Part shown: in pieces, positions 38,170 through 47,401 of the stretch
Position numbering within the stretch: position 1 is the first letter of the stretch
How the letters are laid out: each line of letters begins with the position of its first letter
Notes under the pieces: generated by a model
What the model was told of the DNA's origin: nothing
Seen by the model: the letters and a program-made list of their open reading frames with translations, nothing else
The model's database searches: none
Source: Chloroflexota bacterium
GTDB taxonomy: Bacteria > Chloroflexota > Anaerolineae > UBA1429
Direction: 5' to 3'
Length of the DNA stretch: 64,000 nt
NCBI GenBank assembly: GCA_021372475.1
Contig: JAJFUJ010000127.1
Location: 24,654-88,653, forward strand
Program-made: the position numbers and the translations under genes

Positions 38170-39044
38170 GTGAAAACATGTACACCCAAACTTTTCAACT
38201 CGCTCCCGAATGCACTGTACAGATCGACGCGTTCTCCAGCGACATCACCATCAGCGGGTCGGAGGGGCAGCAGGTGCGGTTGGAGACCGAAGATCAGAGC
38301 GGGACTCATGTTGAGTGCACGGAAAACCGCCTGCACATTAACGCGCAAGGCTTAGCTAGCGGGGATATCCGCTTGGCTGTGCCTGCAACCTGCGAACTGC
38401 ATGTGAATACGCTCAACGGCGATATCACCGGCCGCCACTTGGGCAAGGCGACCCTGGCCTCCACCGCGGGCGATATCGACCTCAGCGAGAGCGCCGGCAA
38501 CATCGTTATTCATAATGTGTCGGGAGACGTATCCATCAGCGGCGCCGAGATCACAAGCCTGGCAATCGAGACAGTTTCCGGTGACATCCAGTGCAAGACC
38601 GCCCTAGAACAAGACGGCAAGTACAGCCTGCACACGATTAGCGGCGATATCCGGCTGCAGTTGCCGCCAGATGAGCGCTGTTTGGTGCTTTACCAGACTC
38701 TTTCGGGCGACTTGACGTGCGGTCTCCCTCACCAAACGCATCGCCAGGGTTGGGGCAAGATGGATATCGCCGTCAACGATGGCGGAGTTACAGTACATTG
38801 CAGCTCCACGAGTGGCGATCTAAATATCGAACCATCCGAGCGAGCGCGCCAAGCCGCGCCTGCTCAGGAAGCGCCAGCACATCCGCGGCCAACCCGGCCA
38901 CTTGGACCGTTTGATTTGGGCGACACCACACCCCCCGCAAGCGCGGCCCCTCAATTCAAGACGCGCTTGGAAGTGCTTAAAGCCATCGAGGAAGGCCGGT
39001 TAAGCGTGAGCGATGGGCTGGCGCTGCTGCAAAAACTGCTCTAG
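38166..39044 (+). CDS. DUF4097-family (putative adhesin/beta-helix repeat, YvlB/LiaG-like) protein.
   Basis: Repeated GDI(x)L/ SGDxxI strands (NGDITGRH, AGDIDLSESAGNIVIHNVSGDVSISGAEI, SGDIQC, SGDIRLQL, SGDLTC, SGDLNI). C-terminal LEVLKAIEEGRLSVSDGLALLQKL helical motif. Confidence 0.55.
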   Translation: MSENMYTQTFQLAPECTVQIDAFSSDITISGSEGQQVRLETEDQSGTHVECTENRLHINAQGLASGDIRLAVPATCELHVNTLNGDITGRHLGKATLASTAGDIDLSESAGNIVIHNVSGDVSISGAEITSLAIETVSGDIQCKTALEQDGKYSLHTISGDIRLQLPPDERCLVLYQTLSGDLTCGLPHQTHRQGWGKMDIAVNDGGVTVHCSSTSGDLNIEPSERARQAAPAQEAPAHPRPTRPLGPFDLGDTTPPASAAPQFKTRLEVLKAIEEGRLSVSDGLALLQKLL

Positions 39045-39053
39045 CACGGCATA

Positions 39054-40004
39054 TTAGCGGTTGCTCTTGGTACGTCTAAAGCGCACACGTATTTCGGAGC
39101 GGTAGAATCCGCGCACGGCCAGCAGGATGATGCTGATGCCCAGCACGATGAAAAGCAGACCACGCAGCGGACGGGGGATGAACTGCAGCGTTAACCAGTA
39201 GATATAATCTGGGAATGGCTGCACGCGATAGAGGTGCGTCAGCAAATAAGCGATGCCCAGTGTTACCCCGACGGCGCCAAGGATAAAAAAGCTGAGCCAG
39301 CGTGCCAGGTCCCTGAGCTTGATTTTCGACTCGAGCTGCTTGTTGCGCAGGGCTGCCAACCTAGCCGAGGTGACGGTGAGGGTAGGCAGTGAGGTCGAGG
39401 CAATGCCCAGATTCTCAGGCAAGGGGATGGCGAGCTGCGCCGAGCGTGCATGCCCGAGATTTATGGCAATTTCCTGTTCGACGGCGATATAATTGACGGC
39501 CGTCGTCAGGTCAGAAGCAATCGGAAAGTCTTTGCGCCTGGGAGCCAGCCCGACGACATCCACAATCTGGCGGCCGTCCAGGATCATCAGTGGGCGCACA
39601 TCCGCGCTATAAGCGGTCTCAATTTCTCGCTCCTGGTCGGCGATGACAAAGCAAGCCGCCAAATCCAAGTCGAGCTGCATGGCGGGCATCCACAGCATGC
39701 CCGGGTAACTGCCCCAGCAGCGGCAGTTGTCATCCGCGCTGTGCGGGCAGTTGATGACGGCATCCAGGCGGCCGCCACCCGCCTCTACCTGCTTAACCAG
39801 CTCGGCTTGCGTTTTCGAGAGCCCTTCTGCTTCATCGGGCTCATGCGCAACGGCATCCAGGATAATCAAAAGCTGCTCTGGCCCGCTCAGGCGGCGCAGA
39901 GCTTCCAGCGTGGCAGGAGTCAACCGCCAACCTTCATCAGGCGCGGATGGGTTAATATGGCTGTCACGCAAGATGCAGTTGGTATGGATGAATATCGCTT
40001 TCAA
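39054..40004 (-). CDS. HAD-IIIA-like phosphatase domain (GmhB-like) fused to a C-terminal membrane segment.
   Basis: N-terminal AIFIHTNCILRD (HAD motif I-like DxD variant) and ...LIILDAV.... Two C-terminal hydrophobic helices (WLSFFILGAVGVTLGIAYLL; LLFIVLGISIILLAV). Confidence 0.45.
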   Translation of the reverse strand: MKAIFIHTNCILRDSHINPSAPDEGWRLTPATLEALRRLSGPEQLLIILDAVAHEPDEAEGLSKTQAELVKQVEAGGGRLDAVINCPHSADDNCRCWGSYPGMLWMPAMQLDLDLAACFVIADQEREIETAYSADVRPLMILDGRQIVDVVGLAPRRKDFPIASDLTTAVNYIAVEQEIAINLGHARSAQLAIPLPENLGIASTSLPTLTVTSARLAALRNKQLESKIKLRDLARWLSFFILGAVGVTLGIAYLLTHLYRVQPFPDYIYWLTLQFIPRPLRGLLFIVLGISIILLAVRGFYRSEIRVRFRRTKSNR

Positions 40005-40029
40005 CTAATCCCCCATCAAGCGATAACAG

Positions 40030-40497
40030 CTAAAGCGCCTGAGCACGGCGTACTGCATCTGTTTCTTCCTCGGAAAGACTGACGGCCGAATTCCAGTTAA
40101 GCAGTTGCTTGGCGTAAAAACGGGTATTGTTGCGCCCGTGCAGACTGGTGATGAGCACGCCGTTGCCTTCATTGGTGGCCAAGGCGAGCGCAAACGAAAG
40201 ATCGCCGCCGGTATCGTCATAAGGGTTAAAACGCACCAGGCCGACTCGATTCAAACACCGCTGCTGAGCCATATTGAGTGCCGCCAATTGGTGGTTTTGC
40301 TGGCCGATGTAGCTGCGCAGTTCATCGCGCGAATAACCGATGACATCGCCGTCCTCGGCTTGCATCTGCTGACTATGAGGCAGATGGGCGGCCAATTTGT
40401 TGAGACGGGCAATAGTGACAGCAAGCAAAACCGCCAGGACTAGTACTGCCGCCCCGAGTATGATAAACAATGCGGTATCCAGACTGATGGTCGGCAC
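40030..40497 (-). CDS. DUF4446-family protein with an N-terminal TM helix.
   Basis: N-terminal TM (ALFIILGAAVLVLAVLLAV); C-terminal region ...RVGLVRFNPYDDTGGDLSFALALATNEGNGVLITSLHGR... typical of DUF4446. Confidence 0.5.
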   Translation of the reverse strand: MPTISLDTALFIILGAAVLVLAVLLAVTIARLNKLAAHLPHSQQMQAEDGDVIGYSRDELRSYIGQQNHQLAALNMAQQRCLNRVGLVRFNPYDDTGGDLSFALALATNEGNGVLITSLHGRNNTRFYAKQLLNWNSAVSLSEEETDAVRRAQAL

Positions 40498-40563
40498 AGC
40501 ACGGCCCTCCCCCTCGATTTAGCGTCATTGTAAACCGCCAATGCTGATTGGTCAAGTCATTAA

Positions 40564-40802
40564 GAGGGTGTTGAAAAAGTATCCAACTAGAGACACTGTA
40601 GTGTCTGAAAGACAGGGTTGCAAACTCACAGATCAGTCCCCGCGTAAGCAGGAACCCATCCGAGTCTTGCTTTTATTCTTGTTATGATATGATATATTAC
40701 ACTATATATCAGATCAATACTGGATTCCGGCCTGCGCCGGAATGACGCTTCCTGTTTCCCAGTGGGCAAGTATAAGGAAAGAACCTCTTTTTCAACACCC
40801 TC
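40564..40802 (+). repeat. Copy 2 of the ~240-bp repeat, with near-perfect 14-16-bp terminal inverted repeats (GAGGGTGTTGAAAAAG ... CTTTTTCAACACCCTC).
   Basis: Same orientation and same internal conserved blocks as 29298..29535. Located directly upstream of the pstS promoter, about 70 bp from the divergent DUF4446 gene start. Confidence 0.5.
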
Positions 40803-40807
40803 GCAAC

Positions 40808-40835
40808 TTGACGCCTTGAAAAACCAATATAAAAT
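40808..40835 (+). promoter_or_regulatory. Sigma70-like promoter candidate for the pst operon: -35 TTGACG, 16-nt spacer, -10 TAAAAT.
   Basis: TTGACG at 40808-13 and TAAAAT at 40830-35. Only about 8 nt separate it from the annotated ATG at 40844, so either leaderless translation or a downstream in-frame GTG (40874) is the true start. Confidence 0.4.
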
Positions 40836-40843
40836 CGCCAGTA

Positions 40844-41818
40844 ATGAGAGAAGCATATCAATCCCAAAGACCTGTGCGCGCCGTTAGGTATGCGCTCGGT
40901 ACCTTATCTTCGCAAGGAACGCGTTTCAGGATTCCAGACAGGTGGATATACACCCTCGTAACACTAGCTTTTTTAGCTGCAACACTATTGGGCGGCTGCG
41001 CTCAAAACTCCTCTGAAGCTCCCCGGACGGGCGTTAGTCGGGTAATCATCAACAAAGGCTCGGATACCCTGGTGAATCTGGCCCTGGCGTGGGCCGAGGC
41101 GTATATGGCCGCTCATCCGGAGGTTTCCATTTCGGTAACGGGCGGTGGAACAGGCACGGGCATCACGGCGATGATTAACGGGACGATCGACATCGCCAAT
41201 GCATCGCGTAGCATCAAATCTGAAGAATTAGAACTGGCCACTAGTAAAGGGATGCAACCAACCGAGTTTACCGTGGCACTTGACGCCATCGCCGTGGTGG
41301 TCAATCCCAGCAATCCACTGGATCACATCACCCTGCAACAGCTCTCGGATATTTACACTGGCAAGATAACCAATTGGAGCGAATTGGGCGGTGAGGATCG
41401 ACCGATTGTGCTGCTCTCGCGCGAATCCAACTCAGGCACATATACTTACTTCCTGGAACACGTTGTTCGCCTGGGAGACGCCTCGAGCACCCTGCTGTTT
41501 TCACCGGATACGCTGCTGATGCCCTCTTCAGAAGGGATCAGCGTAGAGGTGCGCCAAAATCCCAACGCCATCGGTTATGATGGGCTGGGATATGTAACTA
41601 ATGACCAAAAGGTGCTGGCGGTGGCGCGCGATGCCAGCGGACCATATGTGCTCCCATCAGTCGATACTGTAAATGATGATAGTTATCCAATTGCACGAGC
41701 CCTGTATATATACACGCCCAACGAGCCGGCAGGTCAGATAAAAGAGTATATCGACTGGATCCTCAGCGACGGACAGAATTTGATCAGCAAACTCGGTTTC
41801 GTACCGTTGACAAAGTAA
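40844..41818 (+). CDS. pstS: Phosphate ABC transporter substrate-binding lipoprotein PstS.
   Basis: Lipobox LLGGC after a hydrophobic signal segment; PBP type 2 phosphate-binding motifs (KGSDTLVNLA..., SGTYTYF). Start uncertain: ATG 40844 or in-frame GTG 40874. Confidence 0.85.
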   Translation: MREAYQSQRPVRAVRYALGTLSSQGTRFRIPDRWIYTLVTLAFLAATLLGGCAQNSSEAPRTGVSRVIINKGSDTLVNLALAWAEAYMAAHPEVSISVTGGGTGTGITAMINGTIDIANASRSIKSEELELATSKGMQPTEFTVALDAIAVVVNPSNPLDHITLQQLSDIYTGKITNWSELGGEDRPIVLLSRESNSGTYTYFLEHVVRLGDASSTLLFSPDTLLMPSSEGISVEVRQNPNAIGYDGLGYVTNDQKVLAVARDASGPYVLPSVDTVNDDSYPIARALYIYTPNEPAGQIKEYIDWILSDGQNLISKLGFVPLTK

Positions 41819-41837
41819 GGGATGCGTTAGGGACAAG

Positions 41838-42746
41838 ATGGAAGAGCCAAGAGAAAGACGTGAGCCATTCAGGCCGGGCACTTTTCTCATCGAAAACTTT
41901 GTCCGCGTAGCAGGCTTTTCGGTGATCGGGTTTGTTATCCTGATATTCCTGTTCCTGCTGCGTGAAGGTCTGCCGGCATTCTTTGAGGTGCCACTCAATA
42001 ACCTCTTCGGCACGCGCTGGTATCCCACCTATGAGTTTTTTGGCACGTTGCCGCTCATCCTAGGGTCACTTCTGGTGAGCATCATGTCTGCCATTATCGC
42101 CGTCCCGCTTGGTATCGCTACGGCAGTATTTGTGCGCGAAGTGGCGCCTGGCTGGATGCGTGAAATATTGAAGCCGGTCATCGAGGTGCTGGCGGGTATC
42201 CCCTCGGTTGTTTTGGGTTTTTTCGGGATGACCCTATTAGTGCCGGCTGTGCGCCAGATATTCGATCTATCCACCGGCCTTACGGCCTTTTCAGGTGCGC
42301 TCGTGCTGGCCTACATGGCACTGCCAACTATGATCAGTGTGGCTGAAGATGCTCTTGATGCCGTGCCCAAGAGCTACCGCGATGCCGGCCTGGCTATGGG
42401 CGCCACCAAATGGCAGACTACCTGGCGTGTGGTGGTGCCGGCCGCCCGTTCGGGGATATGGACGGCAGTGATGCTTGGGCTAGGCCGGGCGATCGGCGAG
42501 ACGATGGCGGTGATGATGATAACTGGCAACGCGGCGCGTATGCCGCTCTCGTTCAGTTCGCTCTTTATGCCCATCCGCACCTTACCAGCGACTGTTGCGG
42601 CCGAGATGGGTGAAGTCGCCCAGGGCAGCACCCACTATCACGTGTTATTCGGGATAGGCATCATCCTCTTTATCATCACCTTCCTGCTCAACCTGATGGC
42701 TGCTTCGTCGTTGTTCAAGAAGCGTTATCGCGGGGGGCTGCGCTAA
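41838..42746 (+). CDS. pstC: Phosphate ABC transporter permease PstC.
   Basis: Six TM helices with the ABC permease EAA-like loop ...ALDAVPKSYRDAGLAMGATKWQT.... Confidence 0.88.
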   Translation: MEEPRERREPFRPGTFLIENFVRVAGFSVIGFVILIFLFLLREGLPAFFEVPLNNLFGTRWYPTYEFFGTLPLILGSLLVSIMSAIIAVPLGIATAVFVREVAPGWMREILKPVIEVLAGIPSVVLGFFGMTLLVPAVRQIFDLSTGLTAFSGALVLAYMALPTMISVAEDALDAVPKSYRDAGLAMGATKWQTTWRVVVPAARSGIWTAVMLGLGRAIGETMAVMMITGNAARMPLSFSSLFMPIRTLPATVAAEMGEVAQGSTHYHVLFGIGIILFIITFLLNLMAASSLFKKRYRGGLR

Positions 42747-43591
42747 TGAACCGACATTGGGTGCAGCGTCTTGGGTTCGGCATCCTGGGGTTTGCAACCC
42801 TGCTGGTGGTGATCCCGATTGTGCTGGTCATTGCCCTGATCATCATCAAGGGCGCGCCGGCCATCAACTGGGAGTTTCTGACGACAATGCCCCGCGAGGG
42901 GATGAAAGCCGGCGGCATCCTGCCGGCCATCATCGGCACGCTGCTACTAACGGTCTGCACAGCGTTAATCTCCATCCCGATCGGCGTTGGGGGAGCGATT
43001 TATCTCTCAGAATATGCCAAAGATAACTGGGCCACCCGCCTCATCCGCCTTTCAATGGTTAACCTGGCTGGTACTCCTTCGGTAGTATACGGGTTGTTCG
43101 GCCTGGGTCTGTTTGTAATTTTCTTAAAACTGGGCACATCGGTCGCAGCCGGTTCGTTGACCCTGGCGATTATGATCCTGCCGGTGATTATCAGCACCTC
43201 GGAGGAAGCGCTGCGCGCCGTACCGATGGAATACCGCACGGTGAGCGCCAGCCTAGGAGGCACACGCTGGCAGGGTATCCGCCATGTGGTATTGCCGCAG
43301 GCCACCTCGGGCATCACCACTGGCATCCTGCTGAGCTTATTGCGCGCCAGCGGCGAGACGGCGCCGATCCTCTTTACCGCAGCCGCCTTTTACCTGCCGC
43401 GCTTACCGAATTCGCTGTCCGACCCAGTGATGGCTCTACCGTACCACCTGTATGTTGTCAGCACACAGGTACCTGGCATGCCTGAGGGAATTCAGTACGG
43501 CACGGCGTTGGTGCTGCTGGTGATCGTGCTTTCTATGAACATCATCGCTTCGCTGATTCGCAGCTATTTCAGGCGGCGGCGCCAATGGTAA
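42746..43591 (+). CDS. pstA: Phosphate ABC transporter permease PstA.
   Basis: TM permease; EAA-like loop ...ALRAVPMEYRTVSASLGGTRWQGI...; follows pstC. Confidence 0.88.
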   Translation: MNRHWVQRLGFGILGFATLLVVIPIVLVIALIIIKGAPAINWEFLTTMPREGMKAGGILPAIIGTLLLTVCTALISIPIGVGGAIYLSEYAKDNWATRLIRLSMVNLAGTPSVVYGLFGLGLFVIFLKLGTSVAAGSLTLAIMILPVIISTSEEALRAVPMEYRTVSASLGGTRWQGIRHVVLPQATSGITTGILLSLLRASGETAPILFTAAAFYLPRLPNSLSDPVMALPYHLYVVSTQVPGMPEGIQYGTALVLLVIVLSMNIIASLIRSYFRRRRQW

Positions 43592-43606
43592 ACTGCTGCC
43601 GATGGG

Positions 43607-44383
43607 TTGGCCGGTAAAATGGACCATACGCTTATCAAAATCCGCATCGAAAACATAAACTTTTTCTATGGCGGCGTGCAGGCGCTCAAGGATGTAAGCA
43701 TCGATGTGCCGCTGCATGCCGTGACCGTCTTTTTCGGCCCAGCCGGTGGCGGCAAAACGACCTTGCTGCGGCTCATCAACCGTCTGAACGATATGGTGGA
43801 TAACATCAAACTGAGCGGCCACGTGTGGCTGGACGGCCAGGATATCTATGCCCCCGGTACGAACGTGCCGCGCTTGCGCCGGCGTATCGGGATGGTGTTT
43901 GCCCTGCCCCTCCCGCTGCCGGGCACCATACGCGAAAATGTCATCTATGGCCCCAAACTGGCGGGTATTCGCCAGCAGGCGCGGCTGGACGAACTGACGG
44001 AATCGAGCCTGCGGCAGGCCGCGCTGTGGGATGAGGTCAAGGACCGCTTGAACACGCCCGCCAACCAGCTCTCCGGCGGCCAGCAGCAGCGTTTGTGCAT
44101 CGCACGCAGCCTGGCGCTCGAACCCGAAGTGCTGCTCCTGGACGAGCCCACTTCCGGGCTCGACCCGGTCTCGACGGCCAAAGTAGAGCAATCGCTTCTG
44201 GAGCTGAAACAGCGTTACACGATTATCATTGTGCCGCATAATGTGCAGCAAGGGGCGCGCATCGCGGATTACGCCGGCTTTTTCCTGATGGGCGAGTTGA
44301 TCGAAGCGGGCGCAGGCCGCGATGTATTCACTCGCCCGCGCAATAAGCAAACTGAGGATTATGTAACGGGGCGGTTCGGCTGA
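43607..44383 (+). CDS. pstB: Phosphate ABC transporter ATP-binding protein PstB (copy 1).
   Basis: Walker [10 protein letters not shown], signature [13 protein letters not shown], Walker B LLLDEP. Pst-specific conserved N-terminus (...[18 protein letters not shown]...). Confidence 0.9.
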   Translation: MAGKMDHTLIKIRIENINFFYGGVQALKDVSIDVPLHAVTVFFGPAGGGKTTLLRLINRLNDMVDNIKLSGHVWLDGQDIYAPGTNVPRLRRRIGMVFALPLPLPGTIRENVIYGPKLAGIRQQARLDELTESSLRQAALWDEVKDRLNTPANQLSGGQQQRLCIARSLALEPEVLLLDEPTSGLDPVSTAKVEQSLLELKQRYTIIIVPHNVQQGARIADYAGFFLMGELIEAGAGRDVFTRPRNKQTEDYVTGRFG

Positions 44384-45147
44384 TGGACAAGTTTACCATT
44401 GAGCAGCTCGATGTGTATTACGGGCGCAAACAGGCGCTGCGCGGCGTATCGCTGGCCATCGCCACACGCCAGATTACCGCGCTCATCGGGCCTTCGGGCT
44501 GCGGGAAATCCACTTTTTTGCGCTGCCTGAACCGCATGAATGATACGATTCCTAACGTGCGCATCAGCGGCCAGGTGCGGCTTGACGAGCAGGATATCTA
44601 CGGCCCAAGGATGGATGTCGTCGAACTGCGCCAGCGGGTTGGAATGGTCTTCCAGCGTCCGAACCCCTTCCCGCAATCCATCTATGACAACGTGGCCTTT
44701 GGACCGCGGGTACTGGGGCTGCACCATTCTAATTTGAATGATGTCGTCGAACAAAGCTTGCGCGGCGCCAGCCTATGGGACGAGGTGAAGGACAGCCTGC
44801 GCGAAAACGCGCTGAGCCTTTCGCTTGGGCAACAGCAGCGTTTATGTATCGCCAGGGTTATTGCCGTCAAGCCGGAGGTTATCCTGATGGATGAGCCGGC
44901 CTCAGCGCTTGACCCTATCGCGACCCTTAAAATTGAGGACTTGATGCACGAACTGGTCACCGAATATACCATCATCATCGTAACCCATAACATGCAGCAA
45001 GCTGCGCGCGTCTCTGATGAGACCGCATTTTTTATGGTGGACCACGACCAGGTAGGAATCCTGGTGGAGCACGGGGCTACTAAACAGATTTTCACCCAAC
45101 CGAAGGACGAGCGCACGGAAGGATACGTTACCGGTCGTTATGGGTGA
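44383..45147 (+). CDS. pstB: Phosphate ABC transporter ATP-binding protein PstB (copy 2, tandem paralog).
   Basis: Walker [10 protein letters not shown], signature [13 protein letters not shown], Walker B ILMDEP. ATG overlaps the copy-1 stop (ATGA). Confidence 0.88.
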   Translation: MDKFTIEQLDVYYGRKQALRGVSLAIATRQITALIGPSGCGKSTFLRCLNRMNDTIPNVRISGQVRLDEQDIYGPRMDVVELRQRVGMVFQRPNPFPQSIYDNVAFGPRVLGLHHSNLNDVVEQSLRGASLWDEVKDSLRENALSLSLGQQQRLCIARVIAVKPEVILMDEPASALDPIATLKIEDLMHELVTEYTIIIVTHNMQQAARVSDETAFFMVDHDQVGILVEHGATKQIFTQPKDERTEGYVTGRYG

Positions 45148-45189
45148 GGTATCCGACGCCTCTAGATGCTGTGTCAATAGGAGACAACG

Positions 45190-45873
45190 ATGTTGAGAGT
45201 AGCATTTCATACGGAACTCGATCGGCTACATGAGCAAGTGGCAGAACTGGGCACAATGGTGGAGGCGGCCATTCGTAAGGCCGTGATCGGCCTGAAGGAG
45301 CGCGACCTCAAGGCAGCACACCAGGTAATTGCGGATGACGTGCAAATCAACAGCAAGCGCTTCAAGATCGAGAACGATATCCTGGTGCTGATTGCCACCC
45401 AGCAGCCATTGGCCGGCGACCTGCGCAACCTGGCTGCCATGCTCGAAATCATTACCGAACTGGAACGCATCGGCGATTACGGCAAGGGTATCTCGAAAAT
45501 CAACCTGATGATCGGCGACCAGCCGCTCATCAAACCGCTGCAGGATATACCGCGAATGGCCGACCTATCCCTGGAGATGCTGCGACGCGCCTTGAATGCG
45601 TATGCCACCCTCGACATCAACGAGGCGCAGCAGGTGCCGACCCTCGACGACCAGGTGGATGGCCTGTATAACCAGGTTTACCGCGATTTGATTGCTTATA
45701 TTATCAACAATCCCACCACTATGGAGCAGGCTAATATGCTGATGTGGGTAGCGCACAACCTGGAACGCGCCGGTGACCGGGCCGTCAACATCTGTGAGCG
45801 CGTGGTGTTTGTGGCCAGCGGGCGAATGGAAGAGTTCGACTCGCACTCCGCCGACAAGCTGCCGGCAGGCTGA
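45190..45873 (+). CDS. phoU: Phosphate transport system regulator PhoU.
   Basis: Two PhoU repeats (…ERIGDYGKGI… / …LERAGDRAVNICE…); 227 aa. Confidence 0.88.
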   Translation: MLRVAFHTELDRLHEQVAELGTMVEAAIRKAVIGLKERDLKAAHQVIADDVQINSKRFKIENDILVLIATQQPLAGDLRNLAAMLEIITELERIGDYGKGISKINLMIGDQPLIKPLQDIPRMADLSLEMLRRALNAYATLDINEAQQVPTLDDQVDGLYNQVYRDLIAYIINNPTTMEQANMLMWVAHNLERAGDRAVNICERVVFVASGRMEEFDSHSADKLPAG

Positions 45874-46087
45874 GGCTATCGCGATGGCAACCGTGCACAT
45901 CCCGACCTGGCTCTACCGCCAATGCGACGCGGATTTCACCCGCGACGTGCCGGCTGGGGGCTGCGGCGAGCGGCATAAGGAAGAGGGATTATTGTGGCGC
46001 ACGGCCATCTCGTATGGCTTTGTCTATCACCTGGTGGATATCCTGGCAGCGCTTGCTGGTATTAGCTCTCCGTTGGAGGCGCATCAT

Positions 46088-46589
46088 CATGACCCGTTAC
46101 CGCAGCCAAGCCGAGTTAACGGCTGCTATTATCGGCTCGCGGCGGCGGCTGGAACGCACCCTGGACGGGATTGCCCCCGCTGAGCTGCCGCGGCCGGGCG
46201 TCGTCGGCGATTGGAGCGTCAAGGACCTGTTGGCGCATCTGGCTGCGTGGCAGCGGCTGCTGCTCTACTGGTATGCGCAAGGCAAAACCGGCGCTGTGCT
46301 CGCACCGAACCCCACGGGGATGTCGCGCCGGGCTATAGATATGCTGAATGCCGAGATCTATCAAACCCACCACAACGACTCGCTGGCCGCAGTGCAGATA
46401 GAGTACCACAGCGCTTACGCCGCAGCGTTGGAATTGGTACAAAGCCTCAGCGAGGACGAACTCTACACGCCCGGCCATTATGCCTGGACCGGCAAGTATT
46501 TGTTAGCCGACTATGCGGCGGCCAATACCTGCCAGCATGATGACTGGGCCAATCGCATGCTGCACAACTGGCTGCGCTCGCGTGCTTAG
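46088..46589 (+). CDS. ClbS/DfsB-family (DinB_2-like four-helix bundle) protein.
   Basis: ...VKDLLAHLAAWQRLLLYWY...TGKYLLADYAAANTCQHDDWA... resembles the ClbS/DfsB/DUF1706 pattern. ATG at 46088; the ORF track starts at 46014. Confidence 0.5.
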
Positions 46590-47401
46590 GATTTGTCTAT
46601 ACGAAATACCAGTTCGCTGGGCCACAAGTAGCGACGTACGCGCCAGGATTCGCCAGCCAGCAATCCCCTGAAATGTGCCTCATAGTTTACCGGCATGCCG
46701 CGCTTGGCGCCACCCAGACTGTGCGCCGGGAAAGAGACCAGTACATGCTCCGTGGGCAGGCGCACCAAAAGACCCCGTGCGGCTGCCGGATCGAGCTGCT
46801 CCAGGCAGGGCAGCGCCTTCATCAGCAAGGCCACCTGCACCGGTTCTGCCGGCATGCTGCCGAGTACATCCATAGCCAAGCCCAACGCGTTATAGCCCAA
46901 CAAGCACAGCGCACGCTCGAGAAATGCCGCCAGATCGGTATATACGTCGCAAGCGATGTAGCGCGCGCCTTTGGCAAGCGGCATCCATGAGCAGGCGAGA
47001 GGATTCAAACCGCAGGCGACATCCAGCACTGATGTGATCGGCGCCAGGTCGGCCAGGCATGCGCGGTACAGCTCGGGCAGAATCGGCATGCGCTCGCGGG
47101 TCGAAGCATGGCCGGCGAGGATCGTTCGACATACCTCGCGGACGGCCTCCGGACCGCTTTCTGCGGCACGGGAAAGCTCTTCAAGCCAGCAGGCATAGCG
47201 CGGCGAACTCGGCCAGTATGCTCCGGCCACCTGGTGCAGCTTGCGGCGCGCCGCGTGCTCTGCTTCCCGCAGATTGCCGCGCGCAACCCATTCGCGCCCC
47301 GCAACGCGGCGCACCAGCGCGGGCGTCAGGCTGCGGTATTTGGCGCTCGCCAGGATAGCCGCGGTGATGCGCTCCACCTCGTCAGCCAGTGGGCTGTTCA
47401 T
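46586..47401 (-). CDS. ArmA/Rmt (FmrO) family 16S rRNA (guanine1405-N7)-methyltransferase homolog (aminoglycoside-resistance-type methyltransferase).
   Basis: By-eye alignment to the ArmA/RmtB family: RRKLHQVAGAYWPSSPRYACWLEEL vs KKKLHQIWGSYYSAYPNWDKLLKK; LDVACGLNPLACSW vs LDFGCGFNPLALYQW; VSFPAHSLGGAKRGMPVNYEAHFRGL vs ISFPIKSLSGKEKGMEENYQLWFESF. 271 aa is typical for the family. Confidence 0.65.
   Translation of the reverse strand: MNSPLADEVERITAAILASAKYRSLTPALVRRVAGREWVARGNLREAEHAARRKLHQVAGAYWPSSPRYACWLEELSRAAESGPEAVREVCRTILAGHASTRERMPILPELYRACLADLAPITSVLDVACGLNPLACSWMPLAKGARYIACDVYTDLAAFLERALCLLGYNALGLAMDVLGSMPAEPVQVALLMKALPCLEQLDPAAARGLLVRLPTEHVLVSFPAHSLGGAKRGMPVNYEAHFRGLLAGESWRVRRYLWPSELVFRIDKS

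Noticed and set aside
45773-46183. 136-aa ORF 45773..46183(+) bridging phoU and the ClbS-like gene.
   Set aside because: It overlaps the phoU 3' end out of frame, and its C-terminal part is the out-of-frame upstream region of the ClbS-like gene. No motif. Its ATG at 46088 is the better-supported start of the ClbS-like gene.
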